DNA from: Nitrososphaerales archaeon | GTDB taxonomy: Archaea; Thermoproteota; Nitrososphaeria; Nitrososphaerales; UBA213 | DNA length: 64,000 nucleotides | NCBI GenBank assembly: GCA_965197925.1 | Contig: CBDAOC010000014.1 | Span: 10,697 to 74,696, forward strand | Direction: 5' to 3' | Shown here: positions 11,043 to 20,920 of the stretch, piece by piece | How the letters are laid out: every line of letters starts with the position of its first letter | How positions within the stretch are numbered: the stretch's first letter is position 1 | Translations under genes and position numbers: made by a program | Notes under the pieces: generated by a model | The model's input: only the letters and a program-made list of their open reading frames with translations | Told to the model about the DNA's origin: nothing | Database searches by the model: none

Positions 11043-11520
11043 AGTTCATCAAAGCCTCTTTACCTTTTTGTATAGCTGTCCAAACATATTCCATAGCTTC
11101 GCGAGAATCAATGCCATAATATCTTTGAACAAACTTTAGGAACTCATCAGCATTAGCTATGTCTCTTCGTTTAGCGAAGTTCGGATTTGTTCTCTCAAGA
11201 TACCAAGCACCAGAACGCCAGTCTTGATCAAGTATTACTTTTTCAAGTTGATGTATTTCAGCTCTTGCTACTTCCATTACGACTTTACTATAGAATACAG
11301 CAAGCAACTTCTCTTCTTCTGTGAAAAGATATTGACCTCCAGCCTTTTCCTCATACTTCAATACCCTTTCTATTAGTTCTTCAGATTCTTCATTCCATCT
11401 ATTATATCTTCTTCTCGGCAATCCACAAGCATTACACAGCCTTGTAATATCACCACCACAAGATTTAGCATATCTTATTAAGTCCTGCATAACTACGTTC
11501 ATACGATATATGCTTGCCAT
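10966..11520 (-). CDS. putative terminase small subunit
   Basis: directly upstream of and overlapping terL; N-terminal HTH-like segment and DWRSGAWYLER motif; ATG at 11520 with GGAGG RBS. Confidence 0.7.
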   Translation of the reverse strand: MASIYRMNVVMQDLIRYAKSCGGDITRLCNACGLPRRRYNRWNEESEELIERVLKYEEKAGGQYLFTEEEKLLAVFYSKVVMEVARAEIHQLEKVILDQDWRSGAWYLERTNPNFAKRRDIANADEFLKFVQRYYGIDSREAMEYVWTAIQKGKEALMNYDEQEAEIVNTNRRIATADSGIDES

Positions 11521-11547
11521 AAAAACCTCCAAACTGAATTTATCATT

Positions 11548-11576
11548 ATTATACTTTAATTAACATTAAAAGTCAA
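11548..11576 (-). promoter_or_regulatory. sigma70-type promoter for the terminase operon
   Basis: TTGACT-N17-TATAAT. Confidence 0.75.
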
Positions 11577-11588
11577 ATTGATTTGTGT

Positions 11589-11602
11589 GGCCCATTCGGG
11601 CC
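11589..11602. promoter_or_regulatory. GGCCC-N4-GGGCC palindrome between divergent promoters
   Basis: GGCCCattcGGGCC; other copies at 15422, 32299, 47641, 51129, 58970. Confidence 0.6.
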
Positions 11603-11617
11603 GAAACACGGTTTAAT

Positions 11618-11646
11618 TTGACAATTTTTTGGTTTTATGTTAAAAT
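11618..11646 (+). promoter_or_regulatory. sigma70-type promoter for the replication operon
   Basis: TTGACA-N17-TAAAAT. Confidence 0.75.
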
Positions 11647-11666
11647 ATATTTAATCAAAATGAAAA

Positions 11667-11915
11667 ATGGGGGACATTATCTTGGCAAGACAAAAACTGG
11701 AGTTTTCAAATGATGATATGCGTAGAATGCTCGTGCTCTCTATGAGAGGTGTAGAGCGATACCGAATAGCTAACAGATTTGACGTAACTCCAAGCAAGGT
11801 CACACAGGTTTTGGAAAGCGATAAGATACTAAAACTTCGCAGCCGTCTATGCGATAAAATAGACGGACTTTTATTCAATGAAGGAGAAGGAACTACTAAT
11901 GAACAACCAAGTTAA
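11667..11915 (+). CDS. small HTH DNA-binding protein
   Basis: RYRIANRFDVTPSKVTQVL helix-turn-helix pattern. Confidence 0.65.
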   Translation: MGDIILARQKLEFSNDDMRRMLVLSMRGVERYRIANRFDVTPSKVTQVLESDKILKLRSRLCDKIDGLLFNEGEGTTNEQPS

Positions 11916-12600
11916 TAACGAAGTTATGTCTATTGACGAGTTTGTAGATAGGCTTGATGAATGGAATATGGCTCAGTATACCCACGATATACAAGGCACC
12001 AAGATGCTTGGAATTCAAGGAGCAAACTTTGTTGCGTATAAGTGTGGTATATCTGTTGATTCTGATACTATAGAAGAAACAGATACATATATTGAGTCTA
12101 TGGCAGTTGCGAATTATCGTGGAACAACTGGTAAAGGCACGAAACGCCAAGTTAAAAAAGGTTCTAACGCACCTCTTGAGATGTCTCATCAGAAAGCGAG
12201 ACGTAACGCTATATGCAACTTGATACCAGAAGATGTAATAATAGGTTCTGCTGAAAAACCGCCTGTTCAGTCTCCATACATTAAAGCTGCTAAAGCAATT
12301 AAAGAAGCACATTCACTTTCTCAGGAAGCTGCAAGAGACGATGCGGTGAAAGCAGATCTTACAGAACTTGGTATAGATGTAACGTATGTGCTTGAAAAAG
12401 CAAAAGAGAGCAATGGTGACGATACCACAATCTGGGGAGTTCTTGACTGGCAGAGATTAGAGCATATGTTGAGAAACCCGAAAGAGTGGGGTCTTTCAAA
12501 AGGTGTGTTAGTTGACGAGTCTGATGCAACTGATGTAGTTGGTGAGACTGAAAAGGTTGATGAACTTGATACAACTGACGTAATTAAGGAGGAAGATTAG
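11899..12600 (+). CDS. putative single-strand annealing protein (Rad52/Sak-like)
   Basis: EMSHQKARRNAI helix motif, acidic C-terminal tail, replication context; start moved to the ATG after AAGGAG. Confidence 0.5.
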   Translation: MNNQVNNEVMSIDEFVDRLDEWNMAQYTHDIQGTKMLGIQGANFVAYKCGISVDSDTIEETDTYIESMAVANYRGTTGKGTKRQVKKGSNAPLEMSHQKARRNAICNLIPEDVIIGSAEKPPVQSPYIKAAKAIKEAHSLSQEAARDDAVKADLTELGIDVTYVLEKAKESNGDDTTIWGVLDWQRLEHMLRNPKEWGLSKGVLVDESDATDVVGETEKVDELDTTDVIKEED

Positions 12601-13637
12601 TGTCTCAAGCATTTGAACAGATGAACTTATTTGGTGAAGAAGAACTCCCCATTCAGAAGAAACCTAAGTTTGCTCCTGCTTATATTGCTGATGCTCAAGA
12701 AGAAGACAGCGAGTATGAAGAAATAGAGCAAATAGAAATGGAAGAGTCTGTAACCGCAAAGACTTGGCTAAGGTATTTCGGAGGCAAACAAGCTGCTGTA
12801 AGAGATATTTTAAAGTTCTTCCCTACAGGTATAACAGATATTGTATCGCCTTTTGTTGGCGGAGGTAGCGTGGAGCTTGCTTTAGCAGTTCGTGGTGCAA
12901 AAGTAATTGCATACGACAAGTTTGATTTGCTTGTGAATTCGTGGAATGCTATATTAGATGATGCTGAGTCTTGTGCAAGGCTTGCAAGAAGAATATACCC
13001 TATGAATCCTGAAAAGATAAGGTATATGGTTAAGAATCATCTATTCTATAATATCAAAGACCCAAAAAAGCTTGCAGCTTTTGTATGGGTTGCCAACAAG
13101 CAGGACTGGAGTGGACGGCTTTTATCTGCAACTGGTTTTGCAGATCATAGACCAGGTATGACTTTAGATAAGGATACTGGTCAGGACATATATGAAAGTC
13201 GTAGAAAAATAGTCAGAAGAGCTCTTGATCCTATGTTTTGGAAGAACTGGCATAATCCAAACATTGAGGTTAGAGAAGGTTGCTGGACAAAGTCTTTGAA
13301 AGAGTGGCATCCAGATGCGTTCCTATACGCAGACCCGCCTTATGTTGGGCGTGAATATGTGTATGGAGTCTATAGAACTAAAAAGACTCACCCAGACTAT
13401 GAGGAATTTGACCATGAGAAGTTCGCAGAACACATGATACAAAGACCTAATGGGTTTGTGTTGAGCTATATGAGAGACGAACACGGTATGATTGAGGATC
13501 TATACAAGGATTTTGAGATAGTTGATATGAGATGGCATCAGGGTTCTGTTGCATCTCGTAAGGTGCGTGATAGCAAATCAACGAAAGAGATAACTATCAT
13601 CAAGCCGCCTGCTATAAATCCATTGAATGTAGCATAA
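12600..13637 (+). CDS. D12/Dam-class N6-adenine DNA methyltransferase
   Basis: YFGGK, PFVGGGSV (SAM-binding) and DPPY catalytic motifs. Confidence 0.9.
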   Translation: MSQAFEQMNLFGEEELPIQKKPKFAPAYIADAQEEDSEYEEIEQIEMEESVTAKTWLRYFGGKQAAVRDILKFFPTGITDIVSPFVGGGSVELALAVRGAKVIAYDKFDLLVNSWNAILDDAESCARLARRIYPMNPEKIRYMVKNHLFYNIKDPKKLAAFVWVANKQDWSGRLLSATGFADHRPGMTLDKDTGQDIYESRRKIVRRALDPMFWKNWHNPNIEVREGCWTKSLKEWHPDAFLYADPPYVGREYVYGVYRTKKTHPDYEEFDHEKFAEHMIQRPNGFVLSYMRDEHGMIEDLYKDFEIVDMRWHQGSVASRKVRDSKSTKEITIIKPPAINPLNVA

Positions 13638-13649
13638 AGGAGTTAATTT

Positions 13650-13985
13650 ATGAACTTTCTTCCACTAAAGCCTGTATCTAATAACAAGATGTATTCATCT
13701 GCAAGCAGCAAGTGGAAGAGCGCACAGTATCTTAAGTTTGAAAGAGACGCCACGCGAATGATGAAGTTCAAGCCTATTACTTTACCAAAAAAAGGCGGAT
13801 TGAAGTTCATTGCTACGTTTGGCGTTTCTTTTAGATTTGACTTAGATAACGCTCTAAAGCCATTTATAGATATTCTACAAGATGTTTACAAGTTCAACGA
13901 CAATAGAATATCTATAATTGAAGTTAAAAAGGTCAGCGTCAAAAGAGGTGCTGAGTTCATTGAATACGATTTGAAGGCAATATAG
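13650..13985 (+). CDS. rusA: RusA-like Holliday junction resolvase
   Basis: DLDNALKPFIDIL...NDNRI motif. Confidence 0.85.
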   Translation: MNFLPLKPVSNNKMYSSASSKWKSAQYLKFERDATRMMKFKPITLPKKGGLKFIATFGVSFRFDLDNALKPFIDILQDVYKFNDNRISIIEVKKVSVKRGAEFIEYDLKAI

Positions 13986-13995
13986 GAGTATATTT

Positions 13996-14211
13996 ATGAC
14001 TGTCGGTGAGAAGATTAGATTCCATAGGAAATCAAGGAACTTGAGAATGAGACATATTACAAGCACTTCTGGGAGTTATCTATCTGAGATAGAAAATAAT
14101 CATGTAAGCCCTTCTGTTGACATTATATTAAAAATAGCAAAAGATATGGGAATACCTGGTTATTGGCTTTTATTAGGTGTTGACAGAAAACATAACGGAG
14201 ATATGATATGA
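13996..14211 (+). CDS. XRE-family HTH regulator
   Basis: GEKIR...SYLSEIEN...PSVDIILKIA. Confidence 0.85.
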   Translation: MTVGEKIRFHRKSRNLRMRHITSTSGSYLSEIENNHVSPSVDIILKIAKDMGIPGYWLLLGVDRKHNGDMI

Positions 14212-14387
14212 TTCTCAACTTCTATTTATCCAAGCGAGTTCCTGACAGTATCCCAACTCCAAGTAGGTATAAGAGAAAAAATAGCGAGTATGAAAATCAC
14301 TTGAAGGTATGCAAAAAGCTCGGTATTGATCCAAGTGGTATATCGTATCATAAAGCTATTGAAAAACTCTCAAGGAGTAAAGTATGA
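14208..14387 (+). CDS. hypothetical protein (59 aa, not in ORF track)
   Basis: ATGA overlaps with both neighbours; MILNFYLSKRVPD... Confidence 0.6.
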   Translation: MILNFYLSKRVPDSIPTPSRYKRKNSEYENHLKVCKKLGIDPSGISYHKAIEKLSRSKV

Positions 14388-14617
14388 ATTACTGCGATGA
14401 GTGTGGAAATAGAATACCTCCATACTATAATTTTATCTACGAATGCACAGAGTGTGATAGCAAGAGTGCTTATGTTAACACAGAGGATAACAACAAGCAT
14501 AATGCTAAACATCACTCACGAACTAAGCGACATATCGTAGATATATTTGAAGTTGCACCATCTTATTTACCTATAGATAAGATTTATGTAGAAAGCATAA
14601 AACCTAATAGGAGATAG
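14384..14617 (+). CDS. small Cys/His-rich zinc-finger-like protein
   Basis: two CxxC plus HxxxxxH; AAGGAG RBS. Confidence 0.6.
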   Translation: MNYCDECGNRIPPYYNFIYECTECDSKSAYVNTEDNNKHNAKHHSRTKRHIVDIFEVAPSYLPIDKIYVESIKPNRR

Positions 14618-14620
14618 AAT

Positions 14621-15073
14621 ATGAGTAAAGTGAAAGTAGTTAAACCTGAAGAAGGACTTAATGATATGTTTGAAGACAGTTTATTGAAAGACACTCTTGC
14701 TATAACTGTAAACTGCAGAGGTATAATGGGTAAAGGTATCGCTTTAGAATATAAAAAGCGATACCCGAAAGGTTACAGGCTTTACAAAGAAAGGTGTCTT
14801 TCAGGTCTTGTAAAGCCTGGAGAACCTTTCTTTCAGGGAAACTCGTTTATTATGTTTCCTACCAAAGACCATTGGGCTTCTCCAAGTAAAATAGAATGGA
14901 TCAGAAATGGTTTGATGAGGATAAGAGATGCTGAAATCAAACATAGGCTGATATTGCCTGCTATTGGATGTGGTAACGGAGGTCTGAAGTTTGGAGCTGT
15001 ATTACCGTTGATACACAAATATCTTGGTCAAGTATCTTATGATGTTCTGGTCTACCCTCCACAGATACAATAA
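14621..15073 (+). CDS. macro domain ADP-ribosylhydrolase (DarG-like)
   Basis: VNCRGIMGKGIA, FPTKDHW, PAIGCGNGGL motifs. Confidence 0.85.
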   Translation: MSKVKVVKPEEGLNDMFEDSLLKDTLAITVNCRGIMGKGIALEYKKRYPKGYRLYKERCLSGLVKPGEPFFQGNSFIMFPTKDHWASPSKIEWIRNGLMRIRDAEIKHRLILPAIGCGNGGLKFGAVLPLIHKYLGQVSYDVLVYPPQIQ

Positions 15074-15104
15074 CACTTAACATGTGTTAATTAAAGTATG
15101 TGAA

Positions 15105-15440
15105 CGCGCTGACAACGGCGCTGACATGCGCGTCAGCGCCGCCGCGCCAATGGCCGCAAGGGTTGGTGAGAACGGTGCTGATGCTGACACGAGGTCACGC
15201 ATGCACTCACATGAGATATTTCAAAATCCAAAATACTTAACATATGTATAGTGTAAAAAATTAATTGTGATTCTTGTCAGCGCGTCAACACCTTCTTCTA
15301 AACCCTTATGGCCATTGGTGTGGCGGTGCTGACATTGATGGCCATTGAGTTTGTGCCACGAGCTCACGGCCCCATTGACGTGGCGGTGCTGACAACGGTG
15401 CTGACACGATGTCAGCACCGCGGCCCAAGCGGGCCGCACA
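15105..15440. repeat. iteron cluster A (direct and inverted GCTGAC/GTCAGC repeats, CCATTG boxes), putative origin element
   Basis: about 9 (T/C)GCTGAC copies in both orientations in a GC-rich spacer upstream of the primase-helicase; shares long stretches with 51125-51780. Confidence 0.7.
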
Positions 15441-15575
15441 AGGAGATGCGAATGAGAAGAAAAATGGATTGGATAAGATTAGAGGTTCGTAGATATGGTT
15501 TTAGTCAGTATTGCATTAAAGAGGCTATGAAGATTCTTGTGACTTGTCATATTTTAGATTAACCACATCTCTAAT

Positions 15576-15604
15576 TTGATTTAATTTTCATTGTGTGGTA
15601 TAAT
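15576..15604 (+). promoter_or_regulatory. sigma70-type promoter of the primase-helicase
   Basis: TTGATT-N17-TATAAT with extended -10 TG. Confidence 0.65.
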
Positions 15605-15651
15605 ATATTATGTGTAGTTGACAATTAATCTTATTTATGGAGACTTATTGA

Positions 15652-18150
15652 ATGAGTTTGAAAAACGCTTTAGAATATCTACAAGCCCTCGGTCACGAGA
15701 CTACAGAAGTTAGAATATCATGTAAAGACAAAAAGGCATTAGGGCCAAAGTCTTTTACTGGAGATATATGTTTTGGTTATTACAGTTCAGATCAATACGA
15801 TAAACTGATACTTGATATTGAAAGTTACAATAACTGTGAAAACATTGAGAGTATTTGGGTTACTATACAAGATATTGATTCAGCATTGCTTGCAAGATCA
15901 GCGAATAGGATAAAGCATAATGCAGGCACTGGAGATACAACATCAATCAAAGACATAACTCATTTCACTCACTTTCCTATTGACATAGACCCATCACGAC
16001 CTTCAAAGATCAGCAGCTCACAACTTGAACTGAAAGTCGCAGCTGAGGCAGCTCAAAGAATATGCAAAGAAGCTTTGTTGGGATATGAAGTAATAAAGGC
16101 TATGTCTGGAAACGGGTATCATATATTGATACCTATACATCCATTAGAGAACACTGAAAAGAATTATGAGAGATGGAAACGTGTAGGTGATATATTTGCT
16201 CACGATGTCATGGGAATAATAGAAGGTATTGATGAAGATACTTTACCTTATTCCAATCCAACACTGAAGTTGTATGGAACTACATCACGAAAAGGTGATT
16301 CAACTAAAGAAAGACCTCATAGAGTAAGTAGCGTAAAGATTCCAGAAACAATCATACGATATGATTTTGACGCTATAGAAACTCTAATACTTGGATATGA
16401 GGATAAAGTAAGAACTGGTAGAAGTAAAAGCAAGGCTAAGTCAAGTTTTGATAAAATGACTTTAGAGGATTTTTTGAGAGAAAACGGAGTTAAACATGCT
16501 GTTCCAAAGAATACTCCAGACGGTATTGTATTCCCAATGCAATGCCCTTTTGACGAGTCTCATGGAAGAGATGCTTTTGCTATTCAAAGATTAGACGGGA
16601 AGTGGGGATGGGAATGTTTTCATTCATCATGTGAAGGTAAAGACTGGCATGAATTCAGAGCTCTTGTAGCTCCGAAAAGTTTAGAATACGGCAGACCTAT
16701 TGAGGGAAATCAAAAGAGAGGTTATGTTGACGATAACAATATAGTTATTGAAGATATTGAAGATATTGAAGATATACCTCTTGATAGATTGGATTTTCCA
16801 CAAGATGAGTTAATGGACGGGATTTTTGCCTTTATGAAAGCTGCTTGCAAGGATAGACCAGATCTTAGACCAGAGTTCTTACATGCAGTTACTATGAATA
16901 ACATCGGAGCTGTTATCGGTAGGCGAATATGGCTTGAAGACGACCCTCCAGTTTTCCCTAATCAGTATACTGTAATAGTCGGTCGGACGGGGTTTTCTCG
17001 TAAGACAACAGTTACAAAACTTGGAAAGTCTGTTCTAAAGATCGCTGATGAAAATGTTATCAGACAAAATGCCCTTGCGACTCCTGAAGGTTTGATTGAT
17101 CTATTCGTGTTCCCAAACGGACTTTGGCCTGGATGCGAGATACCAATAGATTATGAAGAAATATATGAGGAGATAAAGTATGAGCATAGAAAAGGAATTG
17201 CTAAAAGCCATGACAAGTTTGATGATCTATTGCGTAGTAGAGTTGAGAACTCGGATCACGAAGAAGGTCTTAGGATGCAACTTGTTCAGAACGAATTGAG
17301 TGTATTATTGAGAAAGAGCAAGAGAAGTAGCGGTATGGGGCTTGTGGAGTGTTTGACAGAGTTTTATGATATGGAAGATGCAGTTTCAAGCCCAACAAAA
17401 TCCAAGCCTACTTCAGCACCTTATCCATGTCTATCAGTTATAGGTTCTACTACTATGGCATGGCTTGAGAAAAATGTTGATATTGATGATATTCAAGGCG
17501 GCTTTGTTAACCGCTTTTCTTTTTATCTTGCTGAAGATATTGATGAGTCTGCAATTAAGATGTTTTATCCTCTAATTGATAAAGGTCTTATTCAGAAAGT
17601 AGCAAAAATTATCAACGGTATAAGATTGCAGTTTCCTAATCCAACTGGGTTTGATATGAAAGAAGAAGCAAAGGAGTATGCTGAAGATTGGAATTCAAAG
17701 ATTGTAAGGGAGGTAGCAGAAATAAAGAATGAGTCTGTTAGAGAATCACTTTCGCGTTATGCTTTACATTTCAAGAAGTTTTCTCTGATATACGCATTAT
17801 TTGATAATGCTATAAACGATACGACTATAAAACTAACTTCAGTTAAGAAAGGATGCTTATTGGCAAGTTATCATATAGCAGTTGCTAAAAAGTTATTCGG
17901 GAGCTTTACAATATCTGAAGAACAAAGGGCTGAAGATGTAGTTTATCATCTGATTAGGTCTAAAGGGACTCGTGGAATGACTCCAAGAGAGATTGCGTCA
18001 TCAAGCAGGCATGTTGCAAGTAGTAAAAAGGCTTTGGAGGCATTAGTGTCTTTAGAAACAGCTGGGTTTGTTGGTAAGTCAAGTATACAAAACAATCCAG
18101 GTAGGTTTAGGTGGCATGCGCTAAAAGAGATTGATCTTGACAGATTATAG
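15652..18150 (+). CDS. primase-helicase (AEP-like primase, Zn finger, DUF3987-like P-loop domain, C-terminal wHTH)
   Basis: IDID and SGNGYH primase motifs; CPF..H..CFHSSC; GRTGFSRKTT Walker A-like; GFVNRF. Confidence 0.8.
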   Translation: MSLKNALEYLQALGHETTEVRISCKDKKALGPKSFTGDICFGYYSSDQYDKLILDIESYNNCENIESIWVTIQDIDSALLARSANRIKHNAGTGDTTSIKDITHFTHFPIDIDPSRPSKISSSQLELKVAAEAAQRICKEALLGYEVIKAMSGNGYHILIPIHPLENTEKNYERWKRVGDIFAHDVMGIIEGIDEDTLPYSNPTLKLYGTTSRKGDSTKERPHRVSSVKIPETIIRYDFDAIETLILGYEDKVRTGRSKSKAKSSFDKMTLEDFLRENGVKHAVPKNTPDGIVFPMQCPFDESHGRDAFAIQRLDGKWGWECFHSSCEGKDWHEFRALVAPKSLEYGRPIEGNQKRGYVDDNNIVIEDIEDIEDIPLDRLDFPQDELMDGIFAFMKAACKDRPDLRPEFLHAVTMNNIGAVIGRRIWLEDDPPVFPNQYTVIVGRTGFSRKTTVTKLGKSVLKIADENVIRQNALATPEGLIDLFVFPNGLWPGCEIPIDYEEIYEEIKYEHRKGIAKSHDKFDDLLRSRVENSDHEEGLRMQLVQNELSVLLRKSKRSSGMGLVECLTEFYDMEDAVSSPTKSKPTSAPYPCLSVIGSTTMAWLEKNVDIDDIQGGFVNRFSFYLAEDIDESAIKMFYPLIDKGLIQKVAKIINGIRLQFPNPTGFDMKEEAKEYAEDWNSKIVREVAEIKNESVRESLSRYALHFKKFSLIYALFDNAINDTTIKLTSVKKGCLLASYHIAVAKKLFGSFTISEEQRAEDVVYHLIRSKGTRGMTPREIASSSRHVASSKKALEALVSLETAGFVGKSSIQNNPGRFRWHALKEIDLDRL

Positions 18151-18160
18151 GAGTTAATTT

Positions 18161-18370
18161 ATGGACTTTTTTGCTCAATGCATTATATGTGATCAAGGTT
18201 TTATGGACTTTGATCAACTTGATGGTCATATGGTATGCGGCCAAAAGAGATGCCAATCTAAGAAGTCTCGTATTATAGATATGGTTATTACAGTGTGTAA
18301 AGATTGTGGTATCAAGTTTTTGTATGAGAAAGATACATACGAAGAGGAAGTATGTAAACATTGTGAATAG
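18161..18370 (+). CDS. Cys-rich small protein
   Basis: several CxxC motifs; AGGAG RBS. Confidence 0.6.
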   Translation: MDFFAQCIICDQGFMDFDQLDGHMVCGQKRCQSKKSRIIDMVITVCKDCGIKFLYEKDTYEEEVCKHCE

Positions 18371-18381
18371 AGGAGATTATT

Positions 18382-18804
18382 TTGACTAATAATAATGAGA
18401 CAGTATTGTTTAATCAATGCCCAATTATAGGAGTTCCAAAGTTCCTTTATATTGCCAGCCCTTACTATCATGAGGATAATGATGTAGTTATAGATCGTGT
18501 TGAAAAGGTGACTGAAGTTGTTGAGTTCTTTTCTGTTACTAAAGAGTGGATATTTCCATATTCTCCAGTAATGTATGCTCATCCTATTGAACTTAACGGA
18601 AAGAGACCTAAGGCAGGTAATATCATGTATGGCTTAGGAGCTTTAAATGTAGCATCTCATATGATGGTATTGATGTTAGATGGCTGGAAAAAGTCAGAAG
18701 GTATAGCTAAAGAAATTGCATTTTGCAAAGGTAAAGATATACCTATCATATACATGACTTTTGAAAATGTAATGAAAGATAGCCCAGCATTTAACCATTT
18801 TTAA
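18382..18804 (+). CDS. DUF1937/nucleoside deoxyribosyltransferase-fold protein
   Basis: YIASPY...YSP...LDGWKKSEGIAKEI...IPI. Confidence 0.7.
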   Translation: MTNNNETVLFNQCPIIGVPKFLYIASPYYHEDNDVVIDRVEKVTEVVEFFSVTKEWIFPYSPVMYAHPIELNGKRPKAGNIMYGLGALNVASHMMVLMLDGWKKSEGIAKEIAFCKGKDIPIIYMTFENVMKDSPAFNHF

Positions 18805-18851
18805 TTTTAAAGGTTAGATTTATAGGTTATTGCGTTGTTTGAAAATTAAGT

Positions 18852-18880
18852 TTGACAAAATGTTTGTTTTGTTGTATAAT
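18852..18880 (+). promoter_or_regulatory. sigma70-type promoter
   Basis: TTGACA-N17-TATAAT perfect consensus. Confidence 0.8.
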
Positions 18881-18937
18881 GTAGTTTGTAAATAAGATTA
18901 GTGTTTTTCACACAATTTTCAACATAAGGAGATTTAC

Positions 18938-19540
18938 ATGTTTGAGTATACTAACCGAGTTGGGAATAAATGCACGACTGAATTTGGAATTAGTGAATGG
19001 TTTGACTATATGATAGCAAATCCGAATAAGGCATTGTTTGTTCAAGGCGATGATACGACAATTGCTGGACATTTCGGAATCACTAATTATCAGATCGCAG
19101 CGCAACTTCGCGAAAGCCCTGAATACCACGCAGAGGCTGATGCTTATGCTGAAGCGCACGGTATTGATGTTAAGTTACTTGAAAAGAAAGATGTTCAAGC
19201 TTCCAGGCCGACTGGTTCTGTCACGAAAGCAGATAGAGAGTCTTTGGGGGAACGAGTCATCGTTGATCTTGAGGAACTCTTACCAGAAGGTGATGAAGGC
19301 GAAGCTTCTCCAGAATGGGCAAAGGAAAACCTCGCAAGCGTATTTGCCAATGCAAAAGAACAGGCGTGGATGCCGTCTGCAAGACCGATACCGCCCGAGA
19401 AGCCAACTACCGCTTCTGCTAAAAAGCAGGCGGAGGAGCGAGTTGCAAAATTGGAAGCTAAGCTTCGTGCAATGGGTATTGATCCAGATGCTGAAGAAGA
19501 GATTCAGGAGAATCTTGTATTTCAGGAGAATGCTGTATAA
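18938..19540 (+). CDS. hypothetical protein with its own promoter and terminator
   Basis: AAGGAG RBS, acidic 200 aa ORF. Confidence 0.75.
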   Translation: MFEYTNRVGNKCTTEFGISEWFDYMIANPNKALFVQGDDTTIAGHFGITNYQIAAQLRESPEYHAEADAYAEAHGIDVKLLEKKDVQASRPTGSVTKADRESLGERVIVDLEELLPEGDEGEASPEWAKENLASVFANAKEQAWMPSARPIPPEKPTTASAKKQAEERVAKLEAKLRAMGIDPDAEEEIQENLVFQENAV

Positions 19541-19589
19541 TGAGTAACTGATTAGGGGCGAAAGCATCGTTACGAGAATTGAAAGTTTT

Positions 19590-19623
19590 GAGGCACCTTG
19601 ACAAAAAAGGTGCCTCTTATTTT
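19590..19623 (+). terminator. intrinsic terminator
   Basis: GAGGCACCTT/AAGGTGCCTC stem followed by TTATTTT. Confidence 0.75.
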
Positions 19624-19634
19624 GAGGTATTAGA

Positions 19635-19940
19635 ATGAGTATTGATAATCTCGGTAAACTTGCAGCTGATAGAGAACTCAAGGTATTATCATTTATTAAA
19701 GAGATGAACGATAATAAAAAGAAAGTTAAGTTCTCTGATATATGCCAACTGTTTTATGATGACAACTATGTTACTGTAGCAGCAACAGCACTTGATGACT
19801 TACTTGCTATAAAGTTTATAGAAGTTGAAAAGCATTATCTCTATATCAACAGAAGGTCGTTCAGCTACAAAATAACTTGGAGAGGTTTAAGAGCTATTCG
19901 TGAAACCGAAAACACTGTAAATAATAGCCCTGTGGTTTAA
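19635..19940 (+). CDS. winged-HTH protein
   Basis: ALDDLLAIKFIE...YKITWRG wing pattern. Confidence 0.6.
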   Translation: MSIDNLGKLAADRELKVLSFIKEMNDNKKKVKFSDICQLFYDDNYVTVAATALDDLLAIKFIEVEKHYLYINRRSFSYKITWRGLRAIRETENTVNNSPVV

Positions 19941-20003
19941 CGCACAAATCACTCAAACATGCGTTAGAGAGGCGTAGAGAGGCACTAACGGTGACGCTGG
20001 GCG
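19908..20003 (+). repeat. ~95 bp dispersed repeat, copy 1
   Basis: close match to the reverse complement of 32198-32294. Confidence 0.8.
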
Positions 20004-20061
20004 TGTTTGATTTATGGCGGCCGCGTGTGTCGGTCGCCATTATCTACATAAGGAGAGCATA

Positions 20062-20502
20062 ATGAATATTCCTGAATTATACAACTTTCATCAGAAGATG
20101 GAAATTGTCAGCAAACATCTTAAGGAAAACCCAAATGAAACAGATAGCGTAATAGCTGAAAAGTGTAACTGCCTTACTGCTTTTGTTGAAAGACAGAGAT
20201 CTTTTATTGGAATTCCTAAAAGCACTAAAAATAAAAGAAGGACTCGTGAAAAAGAAAGAGTTGTTGAGGAGATCACAGACCCTGACGATTATATTGAGAA
20301 TAGATCAAATCCAAAACTATCTAAAAACAAAAGGACGAGAGCTGTTACTCGTAAATATGGTGAGAAGATTATCAATGAATATATTGATGAAGGTGAGGAT
20401 ATTAAGGATATTAGCGAGAAGTATAAAATAGAGATTAAGGCGTTAATTATGTTTTTGAGACGAAAAGGAGTCTATAAAATTAGGTTAAAATCAGATTATT
20501 AA
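20062..20502 (+). CDS. HTH-containing hypothetical protein
   Basis: NPNETDSVIAEKCNC and C-terminal IKDISEKYKI HTH-like segments; AAGGAG RBS. Confidence 0.6.
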   Translation: MNIPELYNFHQKMEIVSKHLKENPNETDSVIAEKCNCLTAFVERQRSFIGIPKSTKNKRRTREKERVVEEITDPDDYIENRSNPKLSKNKRTRAVTRKYGEKIINEYIDEGEDIKDISEKYKIEIKALIMFLRRKGVYKIRLKSDY

Positions 20503-20536
20503 CTTGTAGATATTTTATCTACTAAAGGAGATAAAA

Positions 20537-20920
20537 ATGTTTTGTAATATAGTGTTTGCTTTAGTTTTGAGTATAGTTATAGTAGGGTGTGGTCCAGTTC
20601 AGCAAATGACTCCTAAATCTGAAAAAGATATAGTAGACGATGCTGTATTAGTCATACCTAATGTAAAGCCTGAAAGACCAGATGATAAAGTTTTCCATAC
20701 TGCTGAAGAGTTTTTAGACGACAGCGATTTGTATATCTATTGTATAGAATATACTAACTGGTATAATGAGTATAAAGAAGAAGATTTTAATTATATCATT
20801 ATACAGTTTCACGATAATAGTGAGATCCATAGAGTAATAGGCGTATTAAAATATCATAACTTATTTGAAGCTGTCCTAAGTCCATTTGGAAATGGAGTTA
20901 TGATACAACCTAAAGAGTAA
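20537..20920 (+). CDS. putative lipoprotein
   Basis: hydrophobic signal peptide ending in a lipobox-like IVGC. Confidence 0.65.
   Translation: MFCNIVFALVLSIVIVGCGPVQQMTPKSEKDIVDDAVLVIPNVKPERPDDKVFHTAEEFLDDSDLYIYCIEYTNWYNEYKEEDFNYIIIQFHDNSEIHRVIGVLKYHNLFEAVLSPFGNGVMIQPKE

Noticed and set aside
15221..15562. ORFs across iteron cluster A (also 50978-51241 and 51617-51901)
   Set aside because: Low-complexity translations of GCTGAC repeats, with atypical composition and no RBS.
19038..19547. 169 aa alternative-frame ORF overlapping 18938-19540
   Set aside because: No RBS; the 18938 frame has a promoter, RBS and normal composition.
19545..19575. GC-GAAA-GC hairpin as a ribozyme or riboswitch
   Set aside because: No CUGANGA core or recognisable aptamer; it sits just before an ordinary terminator.
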